63,980 nucleotides of DNA, filler included, from Hausera hauseri (GCA_046269625.1; 13 parts of 13 records of this genome joined end to end with filler, not necessarily neighbours in it), one strand, 5' to 3'; positions 1-12,408 are shown, counted from the whole stretch's first letter. Numbers and translations are program-made. The notes: a model not told the origin generated them from the letters alone.

Positions 1-816
1 CATCTCTTTTTTAATAAATTTCAATCCATGCTGATCCGAAATTAATATAGTAGGTGTAGAGTGTTCTGATACATCCTCACGTGTCCTTGAATTGGTTTCT
101 GATTTGTCCACATATCGCTTTCCCGTAGTCTAATTGAACTTCAGTTCTTCAATTTTAATAAAATTACAATTTCTTCCAGATGGAGGTTCCCATATTATGA
201 GAGAACTTCTAAAAGCACAGGTCCCGTCTTGTAAATGACATTTTTGATTCTCTGTATATAGTTTGGTGACACTATGGAACATTACCTTTTGTGATCGCAT
301 TTCCAATTCGTAAAAATCCACAACCACTACGTTTGCCTCTAATCCTTTTCCGTTGTCGTATTCTGCTCTATTACAATGTCCACTATGTATATCCAATATT
401 CCGGCCACTATTTTGTATGCCCTGATTATTTTTCCTGGCTGCATCTCTAATTGCATACTGTCCCATTGTATTCTTCTAGTTTCCTTGGCTTGCTTGCAAT
501 GTTGGAATTCTAAGTTCATTGGAATTAATGGAGTCGTTGGTTTAATTATAGATGAGTGTCCATGAACCAACCCACAGTGAAAAATACTACGCGATCGTCT
601 CAGCATACATTCCATTTCGTCTAGCGATATTAATTCTTGTTGCTGATACAGGAAGTAATACTTCTCTTTTGTCTCTAACTTGTGTGGTCTGGCATCTTCA
701 CATACTTCCAGATCCATTAGGGAATATCTCTGCCCTAGCTTAAACTTATCGCAGTCGTAGACAGTTACAGCACCTATATGCTTAATTAGCATTATCAAGG
801 TGAGTAAGCTAATTAG
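1..816 (-). pseudogene. Chuvirus-like glycoprotein, N-terminal half with internal signal peptide
   Basis: Hydrophobic WLISLLTLIMLIKHIGA then VYDCDKFKLGQRYSLMDLEVC. Cys pattern aligns with 57674 onward (AYDCSKPKEGQKYSLDDLEKC; SIIKPTTP vs EIIEPTTP). Frame continues past the TAG at 130-132 to the contig end. Confidence 0.8.
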
Positions 817-1539
817 CCAGTTCGATTCATTTTTCCAGCATCCAACGTCCGCCGTTGTCAAATTACGTAACATATCGTCGAGTTTATTTCTGTTTCGTCT
901 GTCTTCTTCGCTGTCAAGTAGTCTTGACCAATTTACTTCGTAGGGCAATCTTCTCGCTGCTTTTCATGTTAAGCTTACCGCTCTATTGATTTCGCTCTCC
1001 CGGTTAGGGTTTATCTTGACAGCCAAGTATAGTAGTACTTTTCTCAACTCTTCATTGGTATTTTCTACCATGATCCTTTCTATTACCTATTCGTCGGTTA
1101 AGTTACGTTTTGCTAGTTTAAAACGTAAACTTCTCATCATTCTAGCTGCTTCGAAAATTATCTTTTCCTTATCATCTAATGCATCATCTCGAAGGCTCGA
1201 ATAATTTACAATTCGTATTAAATTCTTCATTAACTCGCTTAATTCCTCATTGTTTGTACTGGAGTCGGAATCAATATCTGTCTCAGTTCTCTAATCAATT
1301 CTCCATTATAGTCAACTTCTTCACGCGTTTTCTTAGGTCTACCCATTGGACGTTACAGCTTTTGGCCCTTATTGGTTATTTCACTCGGTGGTACTAAATT
1401 TATATCATATTGTTCCTTATCTTTATCCGTTTGTAAATACTCAAAATTCATTGCAGCATCTCGGAATTCCATAATTTGTCCTATGCATTGCTCTGTCTTG
1501 GCCTTACGCGTGACTTCCTCTTTTGTCTGTTTATTAGAT

Positions 1540-1756
1540 ATTGTTATTACTATGAGGTTTGTTTCGTCGGGGATAATCCCGTCGTCTATTAATTGTTCTA
1601 GGTCGTCGAGTATTCTACCTCTAAAGTAGAATCTGTAATTTAGCTCGTTTGTTTCACCATTGTTTATCAACCTTTCTCTTATATCTTTTACATAGGAATA
1701 GGTAGTTAATTCGCATTCTTTTCATCCATCCACTCGGATGATATCATTACTTTCAT
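1540..1756 (-). pseudogene. Ubiquitin-like (beta-grasp) domain within the retroelement polyprotein
   Basis: Across one frameshift it reads MKVMISSEWMDE/ECELTTYSYVKDIRERLINNGETNELNYRFYFRGRILDDLEQLIDDGIIPDETNLIVITIS, matching ubiquitin MQIFVK...DTIENVKAKI...[20 protein letters not shown]. No C-terminal GG. Confidence 0.7.
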
Positions 1757-2459
1757 CGCTACCTCAGGTTTAGTCCTTAATATTTTAGCATATTTTTTAT
1801 TAAAAATTTCGGCACCGTGCTATAAATTATGTTCTCACTAGATAATTTAGTTAAAGTTGGAATAAGTTGTCTTAGTCTATTTTCAGTAATATTTACGTTA
1901 ATTAGTTCAACCAAATCTTTTTCAGTTAGCGCTGAATCCAGAAGCATTTCCACATTGAATCTCCTGTCTTGCGGACATGTTTCTATTTCGTTTAGCTGTA
2001 CTGGAGTCATAGGTTTTTCCGGCAAGTATTTCGTAGAAGTATGCATCCCATTTTGGTTCGTTACTGACCTCGGGAAGTCCAGTATCTATCCCAATTGTTT
2101 TTGGTCTCTGTACATTTTCCCTAATTTCTTTCAATCTTGGTTGTATTTCCTTCATCTGCGTAGTCGAAAAACCAACTCCATTTCCGCAGCCATATTGAAT
2201 CATTTTCAGTAATTCCCCAAATTCGTTAGAGTCGATGAGCCCCTTTTGGTGATAATCTGTTAATTCGATGATTACATCCTTTTGACATCTCTGCACAAAT
2301 TCTCGTTTATTTTTAATCTCTGATTCGGCAAAGGCATATTTGTTTCGATAGGCTTCAAGCTCTTTTGTTATCTCATCTAACCTTGTCGCTCTTTATTTCG
2401 TTTTGATACATGTTTCTTCTACTTTCTGTATCTTGGGCATCAATTGCCTCATCTTTTCG

Positions 2460-3842
2460 TCACTCATACATCTTATTTATAATCTTTGAGTCAGGGTCCA
2501 TTGCATCCGACAACTTCTTTACGAAATTGTATTCCTGGAAACTAAAATGTGGGTCATTTCTTATTTTTGTCAACGTGGTATGGAAATTCTGATCCGATCC
2601 GGCCATCCATTTTTGTGGTTTATGCAAGACTTTTATTACGTCGGTTAGCATTTCTCGATGTCCTGGACAAATGTCTAAGATTTCAATGTCTTGTACAGAA
2701 ATTTCGTCGATCGGTTTTCCTGTTAAGTATTGGACCCATTCTAGTCGGACAATCCTTAACTTTGAATTTACATCGTAAATCATATTCCGTTTTCCCGTAA
2801 AGTTCGTCTCTTCGATCAGTTTGTAGATTTCCTCTTCCATCATCAACGCTTCTCGTTCCTTTTCCATAAATTTCAGTCGTCGTAATGCTTCGAATTGAGT
2901 GCGAATGTCTATTTCTATCCGCACTGTGCCTAAATCATGTGCACTTTCCTCTAGATGCTTCTTTACCATTGGTTCGCTTTGAGGAAATTCCTTCTTTCGA
3001 TCTTCTACTAATTTGGTTAATCGCGTTATTAGTTCAGACCACTCCGGCAGTTGATTTGCGATTATCGGTTTTGCCATTATAGCCTTATCTAGAATCTTAT
3101 ATGCATCTTCTAACTCATTGTCTGGTCCTCTTAGGAAATTCATAATCCAGCCGGCATAACTGAATTCATTTTTATATTCGTCCAAATCTATAGTACAGGC
3201 TTTCACTATGTATTTGGTTTCTTCGTTATTTGGAGACATAATTCGGTTTTTCAAACTATAAATCTGTACTCGCTTTTCATTCTCTATCTTAATCCGATTT
3301 TCTAGGTTTGTATATTTTTTAGGTGTAGCAAATGCAATTTTTATCATCTCCATCAAGGAAGGAATATCTATTGGGCCTATACCCGATATTTCTAAATCGA
3401 TATTGCTTCGATGGTTAACCGGTTTTTCCCTAAGCCGATTAATCACTGCATTCCGGATTTCGTCCATCATACGTTCTATATTACGGACTACTCTCTTCAG
3501 TTTTGGTTTGGCTTCTAAGGTAGATAATAACGTTTGAGCTTTCGTAACTTTTACATCGACACTATCATCGTTTTTACTCCATCCTTCCGAAAATTCTACT
3601 CCGCTTTCAGTCCATGATTCTAATTCCTGCTTCCATTTTAACAACGTTTCGGTTGATACTTATTCGGGTTGTTTTAAGTTGATTGCTTCTTCAAGCTTAC
3701 CTTTACTGTGTAATTTTAGGATTTTGTATAATCTCTCCGCATATTGTTGTTCTTTTCCGGATATATCTACTTGTTCGCTGATCTGCTTGAGTCTTTCTAA
3801 ATTTTGCTGCAGTATTTCTCGATTGTGGTATCTAATTCTCAT
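2460..3842 (-). pseudogene. Long charged, probably helical region of unknown function in the retroelement polyprotein
   Basis: 394-aa open frame plus an upstream 60-aa piece, E/K/I-rich, no recognisable motif. Confidence 0.5.
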
Positions 3843-4066
3843 TCTTTTTATCTTGTTGGCGTTTTTCCATGAACGTCGGACGTTCCATTGTTTTGGGTCG
3901 AACTAATCGATGTTCACCGTTTTTTCCTCAATAGTGGAAAGTGGGCAAATTTTGTTAATTTCGTTTCTGGTGTATTCAAACTATGGTCCACGTTACTTTC
4001 TACAACGATGTTCGGATTCTCTTTTTCTTCATTTTTCTTTCTACTTATTTTGGAGCGTGACCGACT

Positions 4067-4166
4067 NNNNNNNNNNNNNNNNNNNNNNNNNNNNNNNNNN
4101 NNNNNNNNNNTTAATTAATTAANNNNNNNNNNNNNNNNNNNNNNNNNNNNNNNNNNNNNNNNNNNN
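4067..4166. other. Artificial contig linker (N44-TTAATTAATTAA-N44), first of 12
   Basis: Identical 100-bp spacer with stops in all six frames at 4067-4166, 8326-8425, 13133-13232, 18936-19035, 23912-24011, 28102-28201, 33166-33265, 38618-38717, 42740-42839, 47444-47543, 52007-52106, 59774-59873. Confidence 0.99.
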
Positions 4167-4168
4167 TA

Positions 4169-4987
4169 TCGATTTTGATTTCCGCCATTTTGTTCTTTGC
4201 CATTTTTATATACTACTTACGATACTGTCGTAACAACGTATCGATTTCCGAGGGTAGGTTTAACTTGAATTTTTTTAAAAACAACAAAAACGAAAATGAC
4301 AAACGATTTTACGGGATCATTCGAAAATCCAATCAGAAACCCCAGATGAATTCGAATTGTCTCTATAAAGACCCATTCAAACTCGAAGAAAAACTCTACG
4401 ATGATGTTCCACTCTCCAGTGGTCTGTACATCAATTTTACCAAAAAGAAAAGCGAACAGAATTTCCATACGTTAAACTGTATGGATTGTCAAAATTACTC
4501 ACTCACTGACGAAGCAAATCGATCTACAGAACTTCCATTATATTGGTATTTAGATGATTCGGCAGATACTATTGATTATTTCTCAGCAGCTGCTGCGTCG
4601 GCTTGTCACAATGCTCAAATGGATCTAACGAATCGAGCAGTCATCACAAGAGTTCCCAGCAAAATGCCGTGTCCAGTTCATGAAACCGATCACCAATTAG
4701 GAATTCAATTTAAAACGTTCGTTCCACCACCAGATACGAATGAAACAGTTGATTCATGTCCGGTTCATGGTTGCAAAAGAATTCCAAAATCATCATCTGT
4801 TACGTTTAATATACCACATGAACAAAGTACATTTCAGAGTACAAGTAGATCAGAAAAGAAAACCAAATTGAAATTTGAAAAGGCTCAAGGTAAACCAAGC
4901 ATCGCCTCATCTGTAAATGCTTGCATTAGTGAAGCATTGAAAAGCCAACAGAGTCGATATTACTCTTGTGTTAATTCTGATGTTTAG
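4169..4987 (+). CDS. 5'-truncated ORF for an unknown single-pass membrane protein (probable host gene 3' exon)
   Basis: Open from the contig start, hydrophobic ILISAILFFAIFIYYL followed by R, about 270 uninterrupted codons, AATAAA about 30 nt after the stop. Confidence 0.5.
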   Translation, partial: SILISAILFFAIFIYYLRYCRNNVSISEGRFNLNFFKNNKNENDKRFYGIIRKSNQKPQMNSNCLYKDPFKLEEKLYDDVPLSSGLYINFTKKKSEQNFHTLNCMDCQNYSLTDEANRSTELPLYWYLDDSADTIDYFSAAAASACHNAQMDLTNRAVITRVPSKMPCPVHETDHQLGIQFKTFVPPPDTNETVDSCPVHGCKRIPKSSSVTFNIPHEQSTFQSTSRSEKKTKLKFEKAQGKPSIASSVNACISEALKSQQSRYYSCVNSDV

Positions 4988-6879
4988 AATTTTAATATTG
5001 ATTTTTTACAATATTTTTTAATAAATAATTGTTAGAATGTACTTATTTTTCATTCCATTCTAACTATTAAGTTAAAAACCATTTCATATGGGCAACTACT
5101 AACAACACACAATTTACAAAAATACCACACTTAAATTTTGAAAATCGATACTCAATATCAAAATTATCGTAGACAATCATAAGTATGTAACGATGATTCG
5201 ATTTTGATTCTTAATAGCAATTTAAACCAATCGTGAAATTATTAGATTTGTATTTCGTTGAATCAAGATCAGTTGAACTTTTTGGAAAATAATTTACTAG
5301 ATGTTACTTTTGTGAGTTTTTGACAAATCAGCAAGATAATTATGACACACTTATGCATACCGGACATTTAACAATGAAATGAATTCTGGATAAAAATCTA
5401 GATTAATTGGATTGGCTGTTTATGAATTCAATTATGAACCCTGCTGAAGCTAAATAATCCAAACAGGCCTAAAAATCATCAGGGGAATTTGTGATTTGTT
5501 ATTAAACAAATTGGTTATTATTTATTAAAAATTTGAACGATCAACTTTTATTATCAAACATTTAATGGTAAATGTGATTGATCTAAAAATGAAATTTAAC
5601 TTCATAATTTTAACATACTTGTGTGGAAATAATCTGTTTCCTGATTTAAATAGTTTGATTTTCAAAATTACTCAGCAGTGTTATGTACGTTATGTTGACT
5701 CATCCAGACAAATTTCAACTAGTTTAAATATTTAAATTTTGAAAATCAATACACAATTTCACAATTACTCAAATCAGACTTGAAAGTAAATTTTTAAGTG
5801 TTTTTGATAAACCAGCAACATATAACCCTGGTAGGGATATTTAATGAATTCTGATTAATTGGATTTGCTGTCTATGAATGTAATTATAAATATTGCTAAA
5901 GCTAGATAATTCAAGAAAGCCTAAAGACACGGCGAATAATACCAATGTCGTAAAAACAATCGAGCTTAACATAGACCTTGCACTAATAAAGGTCAGAGAA
6001 CAATTGAATTGATTATAATTAAATTAGGCCATCCTGTATATATTTATTGTAAATTAATTAGGCCATTATATGAGAAATATTGAACAGTTAAATTAAGTTG
6101 AGAGATTTTATGTAAATAAATGGAGATAAACAGAACAAATTGTAAATCTAATCGAATTAGCAGAGCATCAAGTTAGTATATAAGCAGATGTTGAACAGAG
6201 CAACTCGAACATTTATTTTGCGACTTAGTATCGCACTAGTTATCTGATAAACTTTGCGAATTAGAATCGCTTACGTATTCGTTGACTCAGAAGAATATTT
6301 ACTACGTTGACATTATTGACGATTTACTGATTGCTGTCTTTACGTGTTGCGAAATCGAATAAAAGGTATTAGTTATTTGTTGTTTTCTAAAATCTCCTAT
6401 AGTTTTCTCATCGGCTCTTAAAGCTGATTTGGACTACCCTAAGTTTAAAATAAAGTGTAAAATTAGATAGATAAGACTAGAATTTGTAATTTGAGACATA
6501 CACGAACACACGCAGTACCTGCATTGAGTCGTAATTATTATAAACTACTAAGGCACAAGCAGATTACTCGAGAACGAGTAATCCTAACCTGCTCAAAAAA
6601 GGAGATTCATAAATTAGAGTTAATATTGTTATAGTGGGGGACGATAAGGGCCACCCTAACCGTAACATGTGTAAGAACAGTTTAGAAGTAAGTGGTATTG
6701 CATTTACAACCTTATTGTCAATAGCTATGGAAATTCTGGATAGGAGCAAAAATAACTTATACCGGGTGTACCGGCCAAATCTGTACAATAAAAATACAAA
6801 ACAGGAAACGTCATGCAAGCGTTATTTTTCCAAATGTTTTATCACATATTTGTACAAAAAAGTTAGATAAATAGTTTTA

Positions 6880-8210
6880 CCTATTGTTTTACTCGAAAAA
6901 GTCACCATAAACATCAATGAGCTACTCTAACCTGAATCGGAATCTATTGCAAGCCTTAATCAGTGTGTCCCCATCGAGGTCTGCCAAATCTTTCAGTGAC
7001 TTGCAGTCAATTAAGGACTTACCAGCAAAATAGGATGGTGTTAGCGATAGTGATTATGAGGAAACACAACTGGTTTGGTCAAAATACAGTTGCAACTGTC
7101 TGTTAGATTATATGTTGGTGTATATGAAACTTGACGTATACTTGTTAAGTGATGTCCTTGAACGGTTTAGAAAGGAGGTTAAGTTGCAAGATGGTTTAGA
7201 AGCCGCTAATTTGTCTCAATTCCAGGCTTAAGTTTGGCAACGGCACTGAAAACCAGTCCTTGTAAGATTGAACTTATCCAGGATCCTGAGATGTATCACT
7301 TCTTTCAGTCGGGTATTCACGGTGGCATTACTTTTGTAATTAAGCATAGGATTGTTACAGATGAAAGCAACAGTCTTTTGTATATAGATGTAAATAATTT
7401 GTACGGCTGGACTTTATCTCAACCTCTGCCATTTGCGAATCTGACTTGGATTTACGATGAGGACGTCTTGACCAATCTGATCCAACAATTACCTTTTATT
7501 GACTGTGTTAGGGAAAAACGAGGTTTAGTTTTTGAAGTGGACTTAAGCATTCCAACAGGCAAACATGATAAGTTGGACCAATTGCTCTTGCTCCAATCAA
7601 CCAATATCCTCCTGGTTCTAAAGTTAAGACATTATTGCTGATACATGAGCGTAAGTCCAACTATGTTGTTCACTATCGGCTTTTACAGTTGTACATCGAG
7701 TTAAGCGCTGTAGTTGAAAAGGTACATCGGGCTGTTGAGTTTGACCAAGGTTATTTCTTTAAAGATTACGTTGACTTAAATACTGCAAAGAGGGCTTCAG
7801 AAAATAATCCATTTGAGAAGGATTTCTTCAAGTTGAAGAACAATAGCTTGTATGGGAAAACAGTTAAAAATCTGTTGAAAAAGTCAAGTTTGAGGCTGTG
7901 TAAAAATGCTAAAAAGTTACTTACATATGCTAGTAAGGCGCAGTTTAAAGCCACCATTATTATAGCCGATGACCTGGTTGCTGTTCTTTTCGATAAAGAT
8001 ATGGTCACCTTAGATAGACCCTCATACATTGGTCAGGCCATACTTCATTTTTCTAAGTTGAGAATGTATGAGCTGAATTACATTGAGTTGGAATCATATA
8101 GACAACAGTTCAATTATGACCTTAATGTTGTTGCCAATGACACAGACAGTTTCTTTCTTGAATGTCACGGTGTTGATTTGCGAACACAGCTCTTTCCGGC
8201 AATGATAGCA
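6880..8210 (+). pseudogene. polB: Protein-primed family B DNA polymerase (Polinton/Maverick/adintovirus type), C-terminal part
   Basis: YMKLDVYLLSDV (ExoIII), GIHGGITF, LLYIDVNNLYGW (motif A), FFKLKNNSLYGKT (motif B), NDTDSFFL (motif C). Frameshifted. Confidence 0.9.
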
Positions 8211-8651
8211 GTAGGGGAAAAAAGAGTGTTCTGGGCCAAAGGGGGGAGGGGGGGGTCCACCCACGCACCAATTGACCAATCACAAGCGTCTCGCATGCTG
8301 ATTGGTTAATTCGACAACGGCGAGTNNNNNNNNNNNNNNNNNNNNNNNNNNNNNNNNNNNNNNNNNNNNTTAATTAATTAANNNNNNNNNNNNNNNNNNN
8401 NNNNNNNNNNNNNNNNNNNNNNNNNTTAAATTAGGGGATGTTTCTACAAGACCACAATTCTTTGTATGTAAAATTCTGAATTTTTCAGTTGTGTCAGAGT
8501 GAGAAATTGTGTCAATTATTTTGATTTTGGTAATGTGGCTTGTTGTGACGGCTTTGTAAAAAAATTTTTTTTTGTTATAATAAACAATAAATTTTGGCAA
8601 ACTCTTGAATTTTGATGTTTCTTACGCCGTTTTTTTTGCTATAAATTTCGG

Positions 8652-8960
8652 ATGAATTTGGATTTTCATTTACCTTTGAATTGTTCAGATTTCGAATGGA
8701 GAGATAAGTCTTTTATAAACCATCCTATGTTAGGAAGTTTAGCTTTGGAAAGGCTCTTTGTTGAGACTATTGGTCAAGTAGACTTAATCAAGTGCTCTTT
8801 TTGCTTAAAATCGACAGAAATTTTAGATGGTGTGGAAAGATTACCGAAATCTATTTTTCATAATAAAAATTGTCAGTACCCTAACATCGAGTGTAGAATT
8901 GATGAAGTTGAAGCTCGATTGGATTCAGTCAAAGATCGTATTGAATTAAAATTGAAATAG
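8652..8960 (+). CDS. Small BIR-like / zf-C3HC-like zinc-finger ORF
   Basis: RDKSF..P..LA...F...GQVDLIKCSFC-x18-H-x3-C resembles the BIR consensus RxxSF/LA/GxxDxVKCxxC, but the H-x3-C spacing is C3HC-like. Confidence 0.45.
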   Translation: MNLDFHLPLNCSDFEWRDKSFINHPMLGSLALERLFVETIGQVDLIKCSFCLKSTEILDGVERLPKSIFHNKNCQYPNIECRIDEVEARLDSVKDRIELKLK

Positions 8961-9239
8961 ACTGGAAAAGACTGAGTCACTATTTGAATTTTTAATGGTT
9001 TTGACAGATCATACATTGCTTCGTTGGTTCGTAAAACTTTTCTACTTTTATAATTTCCTTGGTATCCTCGTCGTTGTTTGACACTTGCATTTCCTTTTCA
9101 TTTTATATTGCGGTGGATTATTTGCCGCTCTTATAGCGAATGTGTATAATCCGGATTAGACTCAAAAAGCTCTACTCTCGTTACAATTGGATCGAATTTA
9201 CTTGAACGAACGAACTTACGTATTAGAACATAACCCGTA

Positions 9240-9430
9240 GAATATTTTCCAAGACAAGGAATTCACCCACTGCATTTCGTCAATGAAAGAATGTCTGATT
9301 GAAAATTTTCCAAGCAAAATAGATCGATCGTCGAAGATCATGCCTGTGGCCAAAACGTTCCTCAATCAAACTCTACTGAAGTTTTCCTGTGGAATACGTG
9401 AAAACTAAAATACATGAAACCAAACCCTAA
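9240..9430 (+). pseudogene. IS630-Tc1-mariner transposase remnant
   Basis: Broken frames read IFQD..H / LIENFPSKI / WPKRS / YVKTKIHETKP, compared with FQQDGAPxH...WPPRSPDLxPxDFFLWGYVKxKVYxxKP. Confidence 0.5.
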
Positions 9431-10133
9431 GCAGAAAACCATATTCGTTAATTTCTAGATAAAGTTATAGTTTTTATAGAGAATGATGGCATATATGTAG
9501 AAAACTAGAAATAACTTAACACCTTGAATTAAAATTTTCTAGAACATCAATGAATGTGATACGTTTTTTTAGGAACACACAAGACAATAGTTTTAATAAG
9601 TCAAATAATTGGGATAAAATGTTTTGAATTAAATTTTTTCGCAAATAATTTTTATGTACAACTAATTCAAAAAAAAATTTCTTTTGGCAGGAAATTCAAA
9701 TTTTTACAATAACTTAAATCCATTCCGTACATGTACTTGTGTATATCCACTTTGTGACTGTGCGTCTTCTATCTCTGCTCTATTAACCGTGTATTTGTGT
9801 ATCGTTTTTTCTACCCCATGAATCATCCGAGAACCACATATATTTTCTCCGCGGGTGAAGGCGTGTCATCTGGTGTGCTCCCTTCCTTCGACTTTTAATA
9901 CTTGCATTAACAACACATTTATACCACATCCTGAACGCCCAATCATTAATAATCGAAAATTATTTGGAAATAGTTTATCTTGAAATGCAGTTTTGTTTAA
10001 ATTTAAAATCAGTGGTTTCGGATTATCCATCAATTTTTTTCTAAATTTTCATGAGAGAGCGGTGGTGGGGTGGCAAACAAATGAAAATGTAAAAAAATTG
10101 AGTGGCTGGCCCATAGCCCTCATAATACAACTA

Positions 10134-12408
10134 CTAACCGTACGGCAAGGGTTTTGAAAGCGCCCAGCCATACAAGTTATTAACGTATATGTACAACAGT
10201 AATGTGGTATCATCGCTGGTTACGTGATGCTTGTTGACAAATATCATTCCGTTACGAATACCAACATTAAACATTTGGTACATTTCCCGGTCTTTCAGTA
10301 GCTCGATATCCCAATCCAGTGACATCAGAGCTGATTTCCAACTCATTCCGGGAATTAAGTAAAAGTTGAGTGGCTCCAGTCTATCTTCCGGCAACGCTTT
10401 CGCTCGAAACGCCTGGAACACATCGGCTAATAAGTACACGTCCAGTTTAAGATACTGGAGCATGTAATTCAACATGTTTCTACAGCCCAGTTCTGTTAAA
10501 GATTTCTGTGCTCCCTGACATTCATCTTCTGTGATGTCTGTTCATTGCGGCGGTAATTCCTCTGCTGTCCGGATTTGCTCTTATGACGTTGCAAAGTCAT
10601 ATGGAAATATGCCTTTGCTGCGTGCAATATGTGTGGGGAAGTGCGTTGAAGTTATCGGCCCATCCGGCAAGGCATTTACCAGCTTTGCCAATGATTCATT
10701 GAGAAATTGCAATTAATCAAGGAAGTGTACCTGGAACCGGTTTATGCGTGAGGACAGGGACAGGTACTTCTCCATTGTTGTTGGGATTATGGACAGTTCC
10801 CAGTATGGAAATCCGTTGATGGCCCATTTCAGCATATAGTGACTATGATAACCTCGCAAATTATAGCCGCGAATGCCTTGTCAAATTGCATGTGTTGCAT
10901 GCTTCCCCCAAGTATCGACCGGTGAAATGATCATGGTCCGGAACGAGCAGTTCCTGTGCATCAAAAGTCAATGTTTTGTGACAGAAGTAACATTCATCGG
11001 TGGCAGCGAAAAGCAGTGGTTTATATTCGTCTGTCCATATCAAGGGCTTAGTGCTATTGTTACTGTACCATAGTGCGATTTCCGTTTCCACAATCGTTTT
11101 CAACTGTTGCAGGAAATCGTATATACAGTTCCAGCCATGAAAAGCGTAATATTGCAGTTGTCCGACGGCTTTTATTGGAACAACAAACATACCGACGGCG
11201 ATTAGAATGTGTTTTTAGTCGTACACTTTGTTCCGCGGTACGATTGCCTCGATATTGACATATACCACTTATGCTGGACTGTCTGTTTTTGACCAATCAC
11301 TTAATCTCAACTCCTTTTTGACTGGCATGACGTACATTGTTGTCCCTGATGAAGTTTTTCTCCACAGCGCCACATATTTTTCCCATGTGGCTTTTGACCT
11401 GAAATTATGTAAACATGTAGGGCACCATTTACAATTTATGCGCTTCTTGATCAATTGGTGGTGATCCATGTTCAGCAGTCTGTCCAAGTTGGTTAGTACC
11501 ACGTAGTGAAATTTATCTGCTTGCTCTAACAGCAACAAATTTACCGAGCGTTCATTCGGTTTTCGCCTGCGATAAATTATATCCACGTGTGAGTTTTAGT
11601 ATATCTCTTTGTTTGCTGATATTTCTACAATTGCGTTGTAACGGAACACGTTGATTGCCAGTGTGGAATTACGCCGTTCAAAAGCCGGAATGGTTTTGAG
11701 TTTCATCGGCATCCAACATTCGTCGTAGTCCAATTCTGAGAAATACTTATTGTACTGCTTTGGACAATTTGCATGATGTCTGGACACTTGATAATATTTC
11801 AGTATGGCCATGATGCTGTAAATAAAGCAATATTCGTCGTTAGTATTTTGTAAATTCACTACCGCCAGAGACTGCTTCAAGGATGCAGGTGTCGGCATGA
11901 ATTAACGTCCAGACAGGTAAATCATGTCAACCGTCTTGGTCAGAATAAAGCCGAGAGTAAAAATCTTTACAATTCGCCAACCAATGACCTTTTCGGTGTA
12001 GTTGGTAATTTTTCGTCAAGCTTTTCGCATACATCGGCAATAAAATCCTCGCAGTATGGTACGGCTCGATGTGACAGGTACCATTATTTCCTGTCACCCT
12101 GCAGATTTTTAAATTCTGCAAGTGCATAATATTGCACTTTGCAATAGTGTTGTTGTTGGAATTTGGCCACCTCTGATTCCAACCGGTTACGTACATTAGC
12201 GGGTACATCCTTCAATTGCGTTGCTATTTTCGCCGACGTGTCCACATTCATGTCCGCATACGATCTGTTCCGGTGGTATTTGACAGTAATGGACGGTTCA
12301 TGTTCCTACTGCTGCTGCTGCTGCTGTTTCTGACTTCTGTTGTTTTGAGAGTATTCATCCAAAGCTTGCTGATACTTGACGTTTCCTGTTACTTCTTGCT
12401 GAGTCCAT
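10134..12408 (-). pseudogene. polB: Protein-primed PolB (Polinton type) with endonuclease VII-like insertion, N-terminal to motif A
   Basis: AVVNLQNTNDEYCFIYSIMA, VNLLLL..HYVVLTNLDRL, CPTCLHNF, CYFC...PDHDHFTGRYLGEACNTCNL, YLKLDVYLLADVFQAFR, LLYIYVNNLYGWALSKPLPYG. Many stops and frameshifts. Confidence 0.9.

Larger units (their letters stand above)
1..4066 (-). mobile_element. Internal segment of a decayed glycoprotein-encoding LTR retroelement (helical region, UBL, AT-hook, glycoprotein N-half)
   Basis: Chain of same-strand A-rich ORF pieces (3842-3660, 3644-2460, 2296-1922, 2046-1777, 1670-1353, 948-130) broken by stops and frameshifts. Same module order as the gag-proximal part of the element at 54625-59773. 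Confidence 0.75.

Noticed and set aside
6060-6480. Solo LTR (TATATAAG and AATAAA present)
   Set aside because: No convincing TG...CA ends, TSD, PBS or PPT could be placed.
8208-8325. Tc1-like terminal repeat (CAGTAGGGGAAAAAAG) truncating PolB
   Set aside because: No TA target site and no partner end in the contig. It is only an abrupt change to G-rich, CCAAT-containing sequence.
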